Notes under the pieces: model-generated
What the model saw: only the letters and a program-made list of their open reading frames with translations
Databases searched by the model: none
What the model was told of the DNA's origin: nothing
Shown here: piece by piece, positions 36,610-47,960 of the stretch
Position numbering within the stretch: position 1 is the first letter of the stretch
Layout: each line of letters starts with the position of its first letter
Assembly (NCBI GenBank): GCA_905178155.1
Contig: CAJINV010000021.1
Location: 785,420 to 849,419, forward strand
Reading direction: 5' to 3'
Length of the DNA stretch: 64,000 bases
Source of the DNA: Amoebophrya sp. A120
Taxonomy: Eukaryota > Protista > Dinoflagellata
Position numbers and translations under genes: made by a program

Positions 36610-38886
36610 CTAGAGATCTTGCCAGCTCGATTGTTTCTCAACCTGTTCGATCATCTCCCACATCTTATCGGCAACGTCTGCCGGCAGCGACTTGGTCTCT
36701 TTCATGGCCTCCAACCATTCTTGCAGCTGCGACCTCTCCTTCTTATGCTGCACATACCGGCTCCTCTTATCCTGCACCTGTTCGAAGATATCTACTTCCG
36801 CCTGCGTGTTGATGTTATCAGGTGGCTGCGCGGACGGCACTTCTGTAGTAACAGCTTGTGCTACTTGATGTGACCCTGGACCATCACCTCCTGTATCTAG
36901 TACCCCAAAAGCAGTAGAAGCCGCTTGCTGAGATTCTGGCTCGCCCTTTTCAACATGTTGATGTTCTTCTTCCACCGGCCCTCTTTCGCTTTCCTGCACT
37001 GCAAGTCTTCGTGTCTGGGTCTCGTCTTGCTGGTCCTGCTTCTCAGGATCACCAAAAACGTGCTGCTCAAGAACACTGTCGTCGTTTTTCGTCACACCAT
37101 TCGTACTGCGCGCCCCACTAAACGGCGATGGGTCATGTGTGCTAGTACTACACGAGAGCAGGGCTACTTTTTGCGACGCTTTTTCTATCGTGGGTGTGGC
37201 CAGAGTCGTGTTGTTCCATGGTGCATTCAGGGACAGTTCCCCGCTTTGGCGAGGAAGATGATTTTCCAATTCTTGTTGAACTTCAGCACCGGTTGTGCTC
37301 TGTCTTTTTGACCCCCGGTCGCTCCTGCGGTCCTCGTCGTCGCAGCGTACTTGCGATAAAGCGTCCTCCTTGAAGGTCACTTTCGATCCTTTGGGCTTCA
37401 TCTCGCGTCCACCTTTCCGAGACGATGAGCCGATCGCTGTTCCCCGGATGGCGCCGACGTTGAACCCTCCAGCAGATAGCTCGTCACCGTCCTCCAGCTT
37501 TTCCTCTACTGCGCGTGCTTCTTTATTCAGTGCGTCGCGGCCCTCACCCTCAGAGAACAACAGGCGCTCTTCTTCTCTTGTGAGCGTTGCGTCAGTGCAG
37601 TTCGTCCTGGGGGCCGCTGAAGACGTGCTGTCTTTCACGACCTCATTGGGCCGGTCCTGCGGCTGATGCTGCGTCTCCGGTTCCGAATGCGGTTCTTGCA
37701 CAACGGAGATTTTGCGGTGGTCCACGACGCCATTTTCGTCCTCGCTCAACTCCAGAAACCCGATTACTGACTCGATTTCCATTGCGTCGTCCAGAATTAT
37801 AGCACTATGACCCCTGTTCCTGTTGTGCTCGTCGTGGTGCCACGGGCTGCGTGCCTTTTCCCCGCCGGCTGCTCTGCACGGCGCTCCGTCAACAACATGC
37901 GCGGTGCCTGGTCTCGATGGTGTAGGAGCTCGCTTTAGTCTACTAGCACTTGGAGTTGCCGACCCCCTGTTTCTTGCGTTTGTCGCATACCTGTTATTTT
38001 CGGCTGCCGCATAAGTACCGAGACCGAAGTCAACGTCTACCACCGGCGAGTCTTGCTTAGGGCGGTACTCCCCCGGGGAAGTTATGAAAGGATTGTTCGA
38101 CATATGGGCGGAGGCGGTGAACGGATTGTTTCCGACGGGTTGGTGGATGGCATTTCTCGCGTTTTCCTCCTCCTGCTGTTTTTCTTGTAGTTTTTCATCA
38201 AGCGCTTTAAGAAAAACGAAGGGCTCTTCTACTTCTGGGGCCGCTTTGTCCACCACGCATGATCTCGCTGGAGGACTACGACCTGCCTCTTTATTCGGAG
38301 TAGAGACTTTATCTTCGTCACGTCCTGCGCCTGTCGCCGACAAGTTTCTCTCGTGTCGTTGTTCTTTTTGCTTGATCCGGTCGGCTTGTCCTCTGGAAGG
38401 GGACCTCTTCGCCTGTCTTGCCCGAGATGGCGACCTTGCCGGCCTCTTCCAGATATCTTGATGCCTAAACGACGTCGTTTTATTATTGTCCCGCAATTTC
38501 GACGGGGCTCTAGATTTCCCGCGCCGGTCCCGGTCGCGGAATTTGGACTTGCTGGGACGTCGTCGCCGGGACTTCGATCTTCCTTCCACTCGGTGTCCTC
38601 GGGACCTTGACCGTGTGTCGTCACGACGGTGCTGTCGACTGGGACTTCGCAGTCTCTTGTTTCGCGAGTCCTTTCTCGTCCGCTTCTTCGATCGGAATCG
38701 GGATCGGGATCTGCGTAGGCTGCGGTCACGTCCTCGTGTGGACTTTCCCCGGTGTTTCTTCTCTTTCTTGCGCTTCTTCTTGTCCCTGCTGTCTTCGGTG
38801 GACGACTCATCCTCTCGACGCGAAATTCGGGCTCTGCTCTTGTACATCTCCCGTGCGGTCTCTCGCTCCGGCCTGGGTGGGGGCAT
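36610..38886 (-). CDS. Hypothetical Arg/Ser-rich low-complexity protein (758 aa)
   Basis: Long ORF on the array strand with an RS/KR-rich N-terminus and no folded domain recognised. Confidence 0.7.
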   Translation of the reverse strand: MPPPRPERETAREMYKSRARISRREDESSTEDSRDKKKRKKEKKHRGKSTRGRDRSLRRSRSRFRSKKRTRKDSRNKRLRSPSRQHRRDDTRSRSRGHRVEGRSKSRRRRPSKSKFRDRDRRGKSRAPSKLRDNNKTTSFRHQDIWKRPARSPSRARQAKRSPSRGQADRIKQKEQRHERNLSATGAGRDEDKVSTPNKEAGRSPPARSCVVDKAAPEVEEPFVFLKALDEKLQEKQQEEENARNAIHQPVGNNPFTASAHMSNNPFITSPGEYRPKQDSPVVDVDFGLGTYAAAENNRYATNARNRGSATPSASRLKRAPTPSRPGTAHVVDGAPCRAAGGEKARSPWHHDEHNRNRGHSAIILDDAMEIESVIGFLELSEDENGVVDHRKISVVQEPHSEPETQHQPQDRPNEVVKDSTSSAAPRTNCTDATLTREEERLLFSEGEGRDALNKEARAVEEKLEDGDELSAGGFNVGAIRGTAIGSSSRKGGREMKPKGSKVTFKEDALSQVRCDDEDRRSDRGSKRQSTTGAEVQQELENHLPRQSGELSLNAPWNNTTLATPTIEKASQKVALLSCSTSTHDPSPFSGARSTNGVTKNDDSVLEQHVFGDPEKQDQQDETQTRRLAVQESERGPVEEEHQHVEKGEPESQQAASTAFGVLDTGGDGPGSHQVAQAVTTEVPSAQPPDNINTQAEVDIFEQVQDKRSRYVQHKKERSQLQEWLEAMKETKSLPADVADKMWEMIEQVEKQSSWQDL

Positions 38887-40151
38887 TATGGGGAGCTTCT
38901 TACCCTTATTTGCTCCGCCGTCCTCGGCCTTTTTTTTCTCATCCTCTTCAGTCGTGCCTTTCGCAGGGCGGGCTCGACCTGAATTGGAAATTCGAGTTTC
39001 TTCGTTATTGTTGTTTTGTCACACTAAAGTAACGTGTACAACTTTGACACGATGGCTCTATTCTTGCTGCAACAAAATCAGGAACCCATCGGCGAATTCC
39101 AGAACAGTAAAAATCTGTTACTTCAGCTCTTCAGCCAGTGGAAAGAGGTTGTAGGAAAAGGAAAACAAAAAAAGGGCAACGCGACAATACTCTTGCTAGG
39201 AACCCGCTTGCTCGGCGCCGAACTGCGCGAGAAGCCGCGCGCTCCATTCAGATTCATCTTCAAGGACACCCTATCTTCAACACCCTATAAAAAGACAGAA
39301 GAACACGCCACAAGAAGATATTTACATAGACAGTCTGGAAGGGCGAAATACTTCAACCATTATTGCTCAGATTAGAATTGCCAGCCTCTGTCTAACCCAC
39401 TAGAAAAATAAAAATTTTGTTGCCAACCTTCTACTGAAGAGCCTGAAGAGAAGAGTTGCTGCTAGCTTCCACAAAGTTCTTGATCCACACGAAGACGTCT
39501 ATCTTCATCGTTGAGTAAGGTCTGGTTTCCTCAGAGAAAGCGATCCGCGAAAGAATTGCATCTTCACGCACGAGTCAAGATAAAGCGTTGAGAAAATTAC
39601 GCTGGATCATCTTTCGGTCATCCGAGAACAAGATCTTGCTGTGTACTGCGCACAATGTTGAAAGAGCAAAATCGAAAGAAGCGGGTGTCCGTAGCTCCGG
39701 TGAAGCTAGATCAGAATATTGAACTTCTCGTCCTGCACACCGTGACCACCATCCAAGCACGCTGAGATAAGGATGACGCTGACGACTGCGGCGCTGTGGT
39801 CCTGCGGAGTGATATTAGAGGTACTGACACATTAGCATGTAAATGCAAGACGAGTTCTTCTCGCCAGTTTGTTGTTTTGACAGACGTGTGCGAACAACGG
39901 CGCCGAGAATAAGCTACGTCAAGCTCTGGCACTGCAGACAACGCCGCAGGTGTTGTACTGGCTGACAGAGAAGACACAAGGACAAGAGAATCTTCGCGAT
40001 GGTCATTCAGATATTTCATGCTGCACGTTCAAATTTCATGGACAATTCACGTCTCGCTTTCATCTTCATCAGGATGATGCCTGTGATTGTACTTGCACAT
40101 GCTGATCATGATGCAGCTAGAGCACGACAATTGCGTCAGAAAGCTCGCTCA

Positions 40152-42513
40152 TCAGGCAGTTGCCTTCGCCGGTGCGGGCTTTCCCTGTTTCTTTCTACGC
40201 GTTTTGGAGTTGATTTTTCGCTTCTGTCGGCAAGATTTTTCCTTTTTCCCCGGTGCGTTGGCTTTGTCGATGGCCTCCTTTTGCTCGCGTTTCTCCTTCT
40301 CCTCGGCGGTCTCCGCTGCAGCGAGTTTTGCCTTCTGCTTCTTGTTCAATTTGCTGCTGTTAAGATTAGCCTGCTCCTGTTTATTACTAGTTGGCTTCTT
40401 TGCGCTGTCCTTTTTCTCTACTGCGGCTGTCTTTGGCTTTTCCTCCTCTGCGGCAGTAGACGGAGACGCTTCCTCCGCTGGTTTTGCGGCTCTTTTCTCA
40501 TCATCCGCCTCGTCATCCAGTGGAGGAAGTAAGGTCTCCTTCTTGTTCGCAGTAGCCGGATCGACCTTCTGTCGCTTTGCCGCGGGCTCGGTTGTATTAA
40601 CCTCGGCGAAGCAGTCTGTGGTTTGGAATTTCTTTTTTCACGTGCGAAAATGGCATCTTAAATATAAAAAGAAAAAACAAACCAGCGCACAACAGCGCGG
40701 GAATGAGCGTAGAAGCAGAAGTAAAAATAGCACTAAAATCAGAATCACAAATAAATCGAATATAAAATACCACTGCTTTCCTCCTCGTCCTCTTCCTCCT
40801 CCTCAGTGACTTCCACATCGTTTTCCAGCATTTCTTCAAACTCCTTCTTCGCCCGCTTGAACCTCTTCCCGTTGACATGCTTCTCGACCTCAATCGGGAT
40901 CTTGTTCAGCACCGAGGCCGTCAAATTGCAGAACAGCTTCGTCTTGTCCTTCTTGTGCGCGGTGATGTGCGGCTCATACTTCTTGTAGTCGAAGCTCAAA
41001 TCCAGTTTGCGCTGCGAGTTGAGATCACCAGAGGTAGAGGATGTTGCTGTCGTGGTGTCCTTCGATTTCGCCGTGCTGGTATCCTTGTTTTGATGTTCCT
41101 TACCGCCGTTCTTCGCTTTCAGCGCTCGGTTGTAGGATTTGCTCTTGCAATACTCCTCGAGAAGTTCCATGCGCGGTGGAAAGTCCTGCCCGGTCAGGGT
41201 GCAGCGGACCTGTAGTTTGCAGTTTAGTTAAAATAATGTATGAGTATGTATACTAGGTTTATTAGTGTCTGGCGCCAGCCAAGGGAGTACAATGCCAATT
41301 TGGAAGGGAGCCAAGGGAGTAAGTTCAAAAAGCGCGCAAAGTTAGTTCATTCAACCAAGACACAGAGCACCAAGCTGTGGCAGGCCGTAGAACGAAAAAA
41401 AAATCGCGCGCGCTGCGCGCGCGCATTCACTCACCCCATACGCAGCCAATGGCGTTGCATCGATTCGAAGGCAAACGAGCACCACCGCAAGCCCGTTGAC
41501 TCATCGAAGAAAATTTGAAGTGGCCACTTAAGCCTTCCCTCATCGAAGGAAAATCGAAGTAACCACTTCAACTCTCCCCCATCGAAGGAAATTTGAGATG
41601 GCCACTTCAACTTTCCCTCATCGAAGGAAAACTGACACGACCCCTGCAACTTTCCCTCATCGACGGGGAATTGAAATAACCACTTCGACTTTCCCTCATC
41701 GAAGGAAATTTGGAGTGGCCATTTCAACTTTCCCGCATCGAAGGAAAATTGAAACGACCGCTTCAACTCTCCCCCATCGAAGGAAATTTGAAATGCCCAC
41801 TGTAACTTTCCCCCATCGAAGGAAACTTGAAGCGCCCACTTTAACTTTCCCTCATCGAAGGAAATTCGAAGTGGCCGCTTCAACTTTCCCTCATCGAAGG
41901 AAAATTGAAATGACCATCTCAACTTTCCTTCATCGAAGGAAATTCGAAGTGCCCACTTGAACCCTCCCTCATCGAGGGAAAATTGAAAAGCCCGCGTGGG
42001 GGACACGCATGCAGGAATTTTTAGCCCCCTAGATGCCACCTGTCGGTGGCCCCCACAACCCTCGAAGCCCTCACCCTCTTCAACATGCCGAGCCTTCCGG
42101 CAGCCCTTGCCCAAAAGGAACAAAAGTGGGGCCGCGCCGGAGGGGGGGGGGAGCAGGTTCCAAAACGGCCACCCAGAAACGCGGCCATAGCGTGCATTTT
42201 GCATGTAATTTTAGAAGGGGCAAAATGAAGGAAAATTATCTTACCCCCTTCACTCCCTTGGCTCCCTTTCAAGTTTGACTCCCTTGGTTATAAAATGTCC
42301 TAGTATACGTATGAATGGCAGTTGCCAGCATTTTCAAGTCGCCTGAGATCATTATGCTGGCGCCCCGTAGTTCTTTGTCATTTTGCAAAAATAAAGTGCA
42401 GTTGCGTCCTCGTGTCGCGTTGTGCAAAATGATTTTACCTTCGCGCCATCCCGGACAAACTCGAAGCATTCGCTGTTCGCAGCGACGAAGTCGTTCACCG
42501 GATCTGCTCCCAT
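40152..42513 (-). CDS. SURF2: Surfeit locus protein 2 (SURF2)-like (3 exons)
   Basis: Exons 42513-42439, 41209-40771 and 40615-40152 total 978 nt in frame, with GT-AG introns. Motifs KVRCTLTGQDFP, YEPHI...LFCNLT...NK...KHVNGKRFKRA. Confidence 0.8.
41248..42308. mobile_element. ~1.06-kb non-autonomous TIR element within SURF2 intron 1
   Basis: Ends GTATACTAGG / CCTAGTATAC. Inverted subterminal CCAAGGGAGT...AAGGGAGCCAAGGGAGT blocks at both ends. Flanked by GTAT on both sides (TSD either GTAT or TA). Confidence 0.65.
41501..41990. repeat. 39-bp minisatellite, ~12.5 copies
   Basis: CATCGA recurs every 39 bp from 41502 to 41970 without indels; unit ~CATCGAAGGAAAWTTGAARTGRCCACTTCAACTTTCCCT. Confidence 0.95.
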
Positions 42514-43249
42514 TTCCTTGGAATTTATTGTACTGCCTAAAAAATAAAAAATGCGACTTGTGAAAAAACGATACGTAAAAAGGAAATGCTATGCGCTTTA
42601 TTGATTCGCAACTCACCCAGATAAAACCTCTACTACACGTACACCAGCACTGTCTTAACTACAACTGGTTATTCGCCTGTCAGCAGAATTTTTTGATGAA
42701 GCCTTGGATCAACAGGAAGAGGAACCCAGTTAGTCTGAGATCAAAGCGCAACGTGCTCACCTGAAAATGCATGACGAGAGCGCACAAGACAAGGATCGTT
42801 TTTGTTGAGCTATCATACACGTATGAATATCAAATTTTGCAACTTTACCGTGATCCTGGAAGAACCTGCTTCGAGGGATCTAATTCATCTGATCATCGAC
42901 GGTCCGTGTTGATCAAGATCATGTCACTTCACTTACAGGAACTGTGTACTACTTTGATCCGATTCCTATTACTCAAGAATTTGTTTCGGTTTCGCGCAAG
43001 GGCCCTTGCACCTCACCTGGTTCTGTCAATACTGCAGACCTCTTGCGAGCCAGTGGGTCAGATGCTACATTTTTTTCAATTTATATGCGAAAACAGCTGC
43101 CCGAGAAATGCGCATTACGGCAACTTTTGCATAAAACCCCATGGGGTCCTGATTTGTCGTCTTCGTAGTTCTTGTATGTCCCAGACAGAATCAATTATAA
43201 TTAGCGGCGGAGAATCGAATAAAAAAAGGCTGCTTATTCATCGTGTCCA

Positions 43250-43996
43250 CTAGTCCAACAAGCCGACAATACTTGTCAAAACCGCTTGTTTCGTGTATTC
43301 TAATCGTGTGATTCTGCCCTTTGTGAGAATCCCAATCAAACCCTCCTGCTCGCCGAGGTTGGCCTTGTCCGTCACGCCCGCGGCTTTGCAGGCGTCCGAA
43401 AGGTTCTCGCAAAGGACTTCAACTTCGCTATCTTTAGCTCCTCCTGCTGGTTTAACATTCGACGAGGGTTTGAGGACCTTCTTTGGTAGAAGTTTTTGCA
43501 TCACATTCTTCGGAATTTCGAAGGAACAGCTGCTGCCTAAATGGTGTTTTCGTCCGTCGAAGCAACTCACCACACACGTGTCGTACCATCCGTTCGGATC
43601 ATTCGCATTTAGTACACTGCCGTCGAGGCGATACAACCCCGATTCTATGCCGAAGGAAATCAGAATTCTTGCTTCACTATTTGGCAGAGCACCGGCTACT
43701 TCAGTATCGGCAAAGATATGATCGTACGCAGCTTCCGCCCGGTTTTTTGCTCCGCGGACGATCTCCGGGAGGCCAAAGGGCTGCTCGCTCACGTTGGAGG
43801 CGACCTTGTAGGCTTGTATCTTGCAGTTCATAAACTCCGAATACTGGTGCAGACTCTGCTGGACGGCAAGCACTTTGATCGGATTTGTAGTGCCGACTGC
43901 AATCCGCATGTTTTCGCCGTGTCGCATTCTTGTTGTGCTGCCACCGAAGCGCTTCGAGCCCTGCTCGACAGAAAATAACGGCACAGGTGCGGGCAT
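43250..43996 (-). CDS. Non-canonical purine NTP phosphatase (YjjX/DUF84 inosine-xanthosine triphosphatase family)
   Basis: Motifs IAVGTTNPIK, SNVSEQP...GAKNRA, GIESGL, GLIGILTKGRITR. Intronless. Confidence 0.85.
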   Translation of the reverse strand: MPAPVPLFSVEQGSKRFGGSTTRMRHGENMRIAVGTTNPIKVLAVQQSLHQYSEFMNCKIQAYKVASNVSEQPFGLPEIVRGAKNRAEAAYDHIFADTEVAGALPNSEARILISFGIESGLYRLDGSVLNANDPNGWYDTCVVSCFDGRKHHLGSSCSFEIPKNVMQKLLPKKVLKPSSNVKPAGGAKDSEVEVLCENLSDACKAAGVTDKANLGEQEGLIGILTKGRITRLEYTKQAVLTSIVGLLD

Positions 43997-44610
43997 GGAG
44001 ATGCGAAGATCTTCGGTCGCGCAACAACAACAGATATTGAAAAACTACTCACCAAGACCGACTGCGCTTTCCTTCCGGATGATCGCGGACATCAACAGAA
44101 TCGGAATCACAATGAATTCGAAAGAGATTTCAGTTTCACTTGAAGACCTGCGCATACGATGGATCTTGCAGTCTGTGCTAGATGTTTGTCACGGAGCAGA
44201 TGATCACACGATACTAGGATTACGGGATCATGAGGGCCCTGGTGGCGGCGCACGATCCGTGCCACACTTTTTTCAAAGCGCTTTACGTGAACTTCATTCG
44301 GTGCCGATCAATTCAAGATGAAACACACGAAGCACATTACGTAGTGCGTGGCTGCATTTGGACAGCGTCCGACATTAGCGTGCACCGCGTGCAGGTCAGC
44401 AATTCACTGCATCTATTGTACATCTGACAATATTCTCTTTCTCATCACGGTTCTAGTCTAATTATTCTGAGTGTGAGAAACGCCAAAAGATGTTCTTCCT
44501 CTTGGCGGGGTGCTATGCTATCATCTTAGGGAAGCATTGGAAATGGAGGAGCACTTTCGTTTTAGGTAGGTACAACTTTATTTCTTTTTTTATACAGAGC
44601 TTAGAAAAAA

Positions 44611-46809
44611 CTAGATCGTGGTCGATCCTGTGGTAATCTCAATTTCGATGTGCTCCAGCTCTTCGATTGTCGCCGCAAGAACCCCGGGGGCGGTGTATAA
44701 AAGATTGCTGGGGGTGCTGCTGTGTCGTTGTACCCCAGATTGACCCTGTACTAGTTCTCGACTAAAAGTGCTGGATCTCATCTTCGCCGATGAGGACAAC
44801 TGCTTCTTGACCCTTTTCAAAATCATACCTTTGTCGTTGACTTTGTCCTTCTTGCTTTGCAGCTCTGTGGTTGCATGATCAACTACTTGCTTGTTCAAGT
44901 TCATCTTTGTCAGCGCGCTGGGTCGGCGTGTTCGGGGAGACAGAAACACGGAGCGGGTCGTCGTTTCCGGGCTGAAAAGCGGTCGTCCGTCGTAGGGGTT
45001 GTTGTCAAAAGCGTGCTCATCGTGGTAGAACAAATTTGCACTGGTCTTACTCTCCGTCGCCGTTGCAGGTGGAGCTCCTTCTTCGCCTGTTATAGGACTC
45101 GGGTCGTTGTTTGCGTTCTTGAGGCTGCCAGGTGAAGGTTCTTGTGAAGCTGGCACCGGAACAGGAGGAATCGTGGGGGTAGTTCTTTCGGTTTCTTGCT
45201 TTTCTGTTTCCCTTTCCTCTAGCAGTTTTTCAACGTCAATAGCTTTGTTCATCGTCTCCGGTGCTGGAAAGATTTTCGTCTCGTCAGCTGCAACAGCAGA
45301 ATCTGCTACTACAAGCGCAGCAGCACCAGGGGAAGAAGGTGACACAACAGGGGTGTCAGCAATTTCTGTTCTGGACATACTAGCCTTAGCGGTAGCTTGT
45401 TTTAGTTTTACAGGAGCAGCGCTCGTCGGACTTGCAGGCTTCTCTTGTTTTGGCGTCTTGCTGTCCTCCTGTTGCGATGTCTCTGCCGGCTTGCTGTCCT
45501 CTGGTTGAAGAGCAAGTGCTGGCTGGGTTTCGGCAATCGCAATACTTCCCGGCGCCTTCGCGAATGTACTGATGCGACGGGGGCTGTCCGTGTTGACCTG
45601 GGCCAAAGGAGAAGCAGGAGGCGATTCAGGCTTCATTGTCATCTTCGGTGCTGGTGACGCCGGTGGCTTTATTTCAGATGCTTGCTCATCTTGCGTATTT
45701 CCATTTTCCACTAGTATCTTCTCGGGTGTAGGCACAGAAGTGCTCTTCCTCGGATCTACCAATTGGTTTTCCGAACCGTTCCCCGAGGCTCCTCTGCTAC
45801 GCCGCGTAGGGGGTCCACGCTTTGCTAAACTGGGCCGCCTCTCGGGCATTTTTACAGAAGCGTCGTTTTTCAGCAAAGCACTCTTTCTCTGACTAGTACT
45901 CTGAGCAGCTCCTGAGGGGGAACTACTTCTACGCTTCGTCAAACTTGGACGCCTTTCTGGCAGCTTCACCGCTGCATTGCCTTCTTTCAGCACTGATGTA
46001 TCCTGATACTGATTCCTTTCTGGCGAGAAGTTAGAACTACTACGCGTAGAAAATCTGGTTCCTCCCGTCGCACCCGCCAAGCTCGGTCTGCGGTCCGGCA
46101 GCGCCGCCACTTTTTTCGGGGCGGAAAAACCGGACGCCACGAGGGTCTCCACCATCCGTGCGGAGAGGCGTACGTCTTCGTCGGCTCCGAGCTCCTTCAT
46201 GCTCATAGAAGTTGCACTGGAGGGCCGGTCGGAGACCAGACTGAAGTCGGTTAAAGTCACCCGGCCGCCGATGTTGTTGTTGTTCCCGTTATTCATTTTT
46301 CCATCAGAGTTATTGTTCTTATCCGCCCATTCTTGTTCCAATTGCGTTGTGCGGACAAACGCGAGGCCCTTGTCCTTGTCCTTCAAATCTGCGAAAGCGT
46401 CCTCGATCGCAACACCGCCTGAAAACCCGTGGATCCGGTATTTCAACCGTAGCTCCAGCTGCCGGAATTTCAACGCACAGTTCTGGCAGAGAAACTCCCC
46501 ATCCCCGATTTGGGTCTTGTCAGAAACCAGGCACAGGTCCTTCTTTGCGTGAAAGCTTTGCTCCAGTTTCTTCCGACAGTGCTTGCACTTCAGGCACTCC
46601 GTGTGGGCGCAGGTCCCGTCCGGGAGTCGAGCGATTTCAGTTTCACGAAACAAACTCTTCTCGCAAACCACGCATTTTCCCGTTTCGTTCAGAACGCAGT
46701 TGCGACAAAGCGCGGCGCCGTCGTTCGGGCGTTCGAAGTACGAGCCGCGGATGGACAGCGAGTCGCCACACTGGGCGCAGGTAGGATCAGATGCTGGAGG
46801 CGTCGACAT
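44611..46809 (-). CDS. LIM-type zinc-finger protein with long disordered C-terminus
   Basis: CAQC...CRNC followed by CVVC..HTECLKCKHC...FLCQNC LIM spacing; then RRPSL repeats and an S/P/T-rich tail. Confidence 0.75.
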   Translation of the reverse strand: MSTPPASDPTCAQCGDSLSIRGSYFERPNDGAALCRNCVLNETGKCVVCEKSLFRETEIARLPDGTCAHTECLKCKHCRKKLEQSFHAKKDLCLVSDKTQIGDGEFLCQNCALKFRQLELRLKYRIHGFSGGVAIEDAFADLKDKDKGLAFVRTTQLEQEWADKNNNSDGKMNNGNNNNIGGRVTLTDFSLVSDRPSSATSMSMKELGADEDVRLSARMVETLVASGFSAPKKVAALPDRRPSLAGATGGTRFSTRSSSNFSPERNQYQDTSVLKEGNAAVKLPERRPSLTKRRSSSPSGAAQSTSQRKSALLKNDASVKMPERRPSLAKRGPPTRRSRGASGNGSENQLVDPRKSTSVPTPEKILVENGNTQDEQASEIKPPASPAPKMTMKPESPPASPLAQVNTDSPRRISTFAKAPGSIAIAETQPALALQPEDSKPAETSQQEDSKTPKQEKPASPTSAAPVKLKQATAKASMSRTEIADTPVVSPSSPGAAALVVADSAVAADETKIFPAPETMNKAIDVEKLLEERETEKQETERTTPTIPPVPVPASQEPSPGSLKNANNDPSPITGEEGAPPATATESKTSANLFYHDEHAFDNNPYDGRPLFSPETTTRSVFLSPRTRRPSALTKMNLNKQVVDHATTELQSKKDKVNDKGMILKRVKKQLSSSAKMRSSTFSRELVQGQSGVQRHSSTPSNLLYTAPGVLAATIEELEHIEIEITTGSTTI

Positions 46810-47960
46810 GATGAGGAGTTTGTGCTACTTGTTTCTAAACGCTTGTTGCTGTAGGCGGGGGTTCTTTTACCTAGTTAGGAAAGCAAAAAATCGGAAAACA
46901 TACGATTACAACTGATAGTGGTACTGTGAATGCGACAGGATATGTGCCGGGGAGAGGACTCAGCTCAAAATAACAATAAGGTTTCTCCTTGTGGCGTGGT
47001 CACTGTGTAATTGGGAAAAAAGAGGAGCTCCTGAACACAGTCCCAGGTCGGTAAAATTGAAGTGGCTTGCACGGACGACGACGACGCTTGAAGAAATTGA
47101 AATCACGACAATGCACGAACAAGACGAAGAAATAAGAATAACGAGTAGAACGCGAACCACACAGGATGAATAAATCACCTCAAATTATATAGAACGAACC
47201 GATGCAATTACAGCAAGCACGATGATGGTCTGCATTCATTGGCTTCGCACGAATATCCGATCTTCCCTGCTTCAAGTTCACGGTTTCATTCTTGCGACGG
47301 GTTGTCACACAAGATGCGGGTCGACTGCAGCTACAAGAACAGTTCAAGGTGTGGCTCTTGTAACTGTATCTTCTTTCTTCGATTTCGTTTTGGGACTAGC
47401 ATACACTGGTGAAACAATTCAATTCGTCGGAGATAGTCCTTGTATTTGGAGCGTGGCGTAGACCACAAGGAAGCGCAAGCGCTACTCTGGGAAATCTTGT
47501 TCTTGGAGCGCATCGTTTCTTCGAAAAGGAATTTTCATCTAGATGTGATGCATGTAACGAACAAAATAGAAATACACGAATTGCAATGCACACATAAACA
47601 ACATTCAACGAATTTACACGATAAAATTTGAGATGAGGATTACCTTTATCAAATTTAGGAAACAAAAATTGTACAGAAAACTCGAGTGAAAATCGCTACT
47701 AAATTTTGTCGTGAACTGGATAAAAATGCAAGCTGTAATTTTTCAAACAGAAAACCTGATTCTCAACGGTGATAAAATATCGGTAGAAGTAACTTCTCGG
47801 CCGATTGTAGGCCGACAATGCAGATGCTTTCTTGTCAGTATATGAACAGAATTCAAACTCGTCATCGTCTCCCCTACGAATCGATAATCATAATTATTAT
47901 CAGAAAGAGCACATCATGCACAGCATGGCGATGCGTATTTTCCTCCCCCCCCATGCCCAT

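Noticed and set aside
41501-41990. CRISPR-like appearance of the 39-bp array and of the hairpin satellites
   Set aside because: Units are homologous along their whole length with no unique spacers, there are no cas genes, and the context is eukaryotic.
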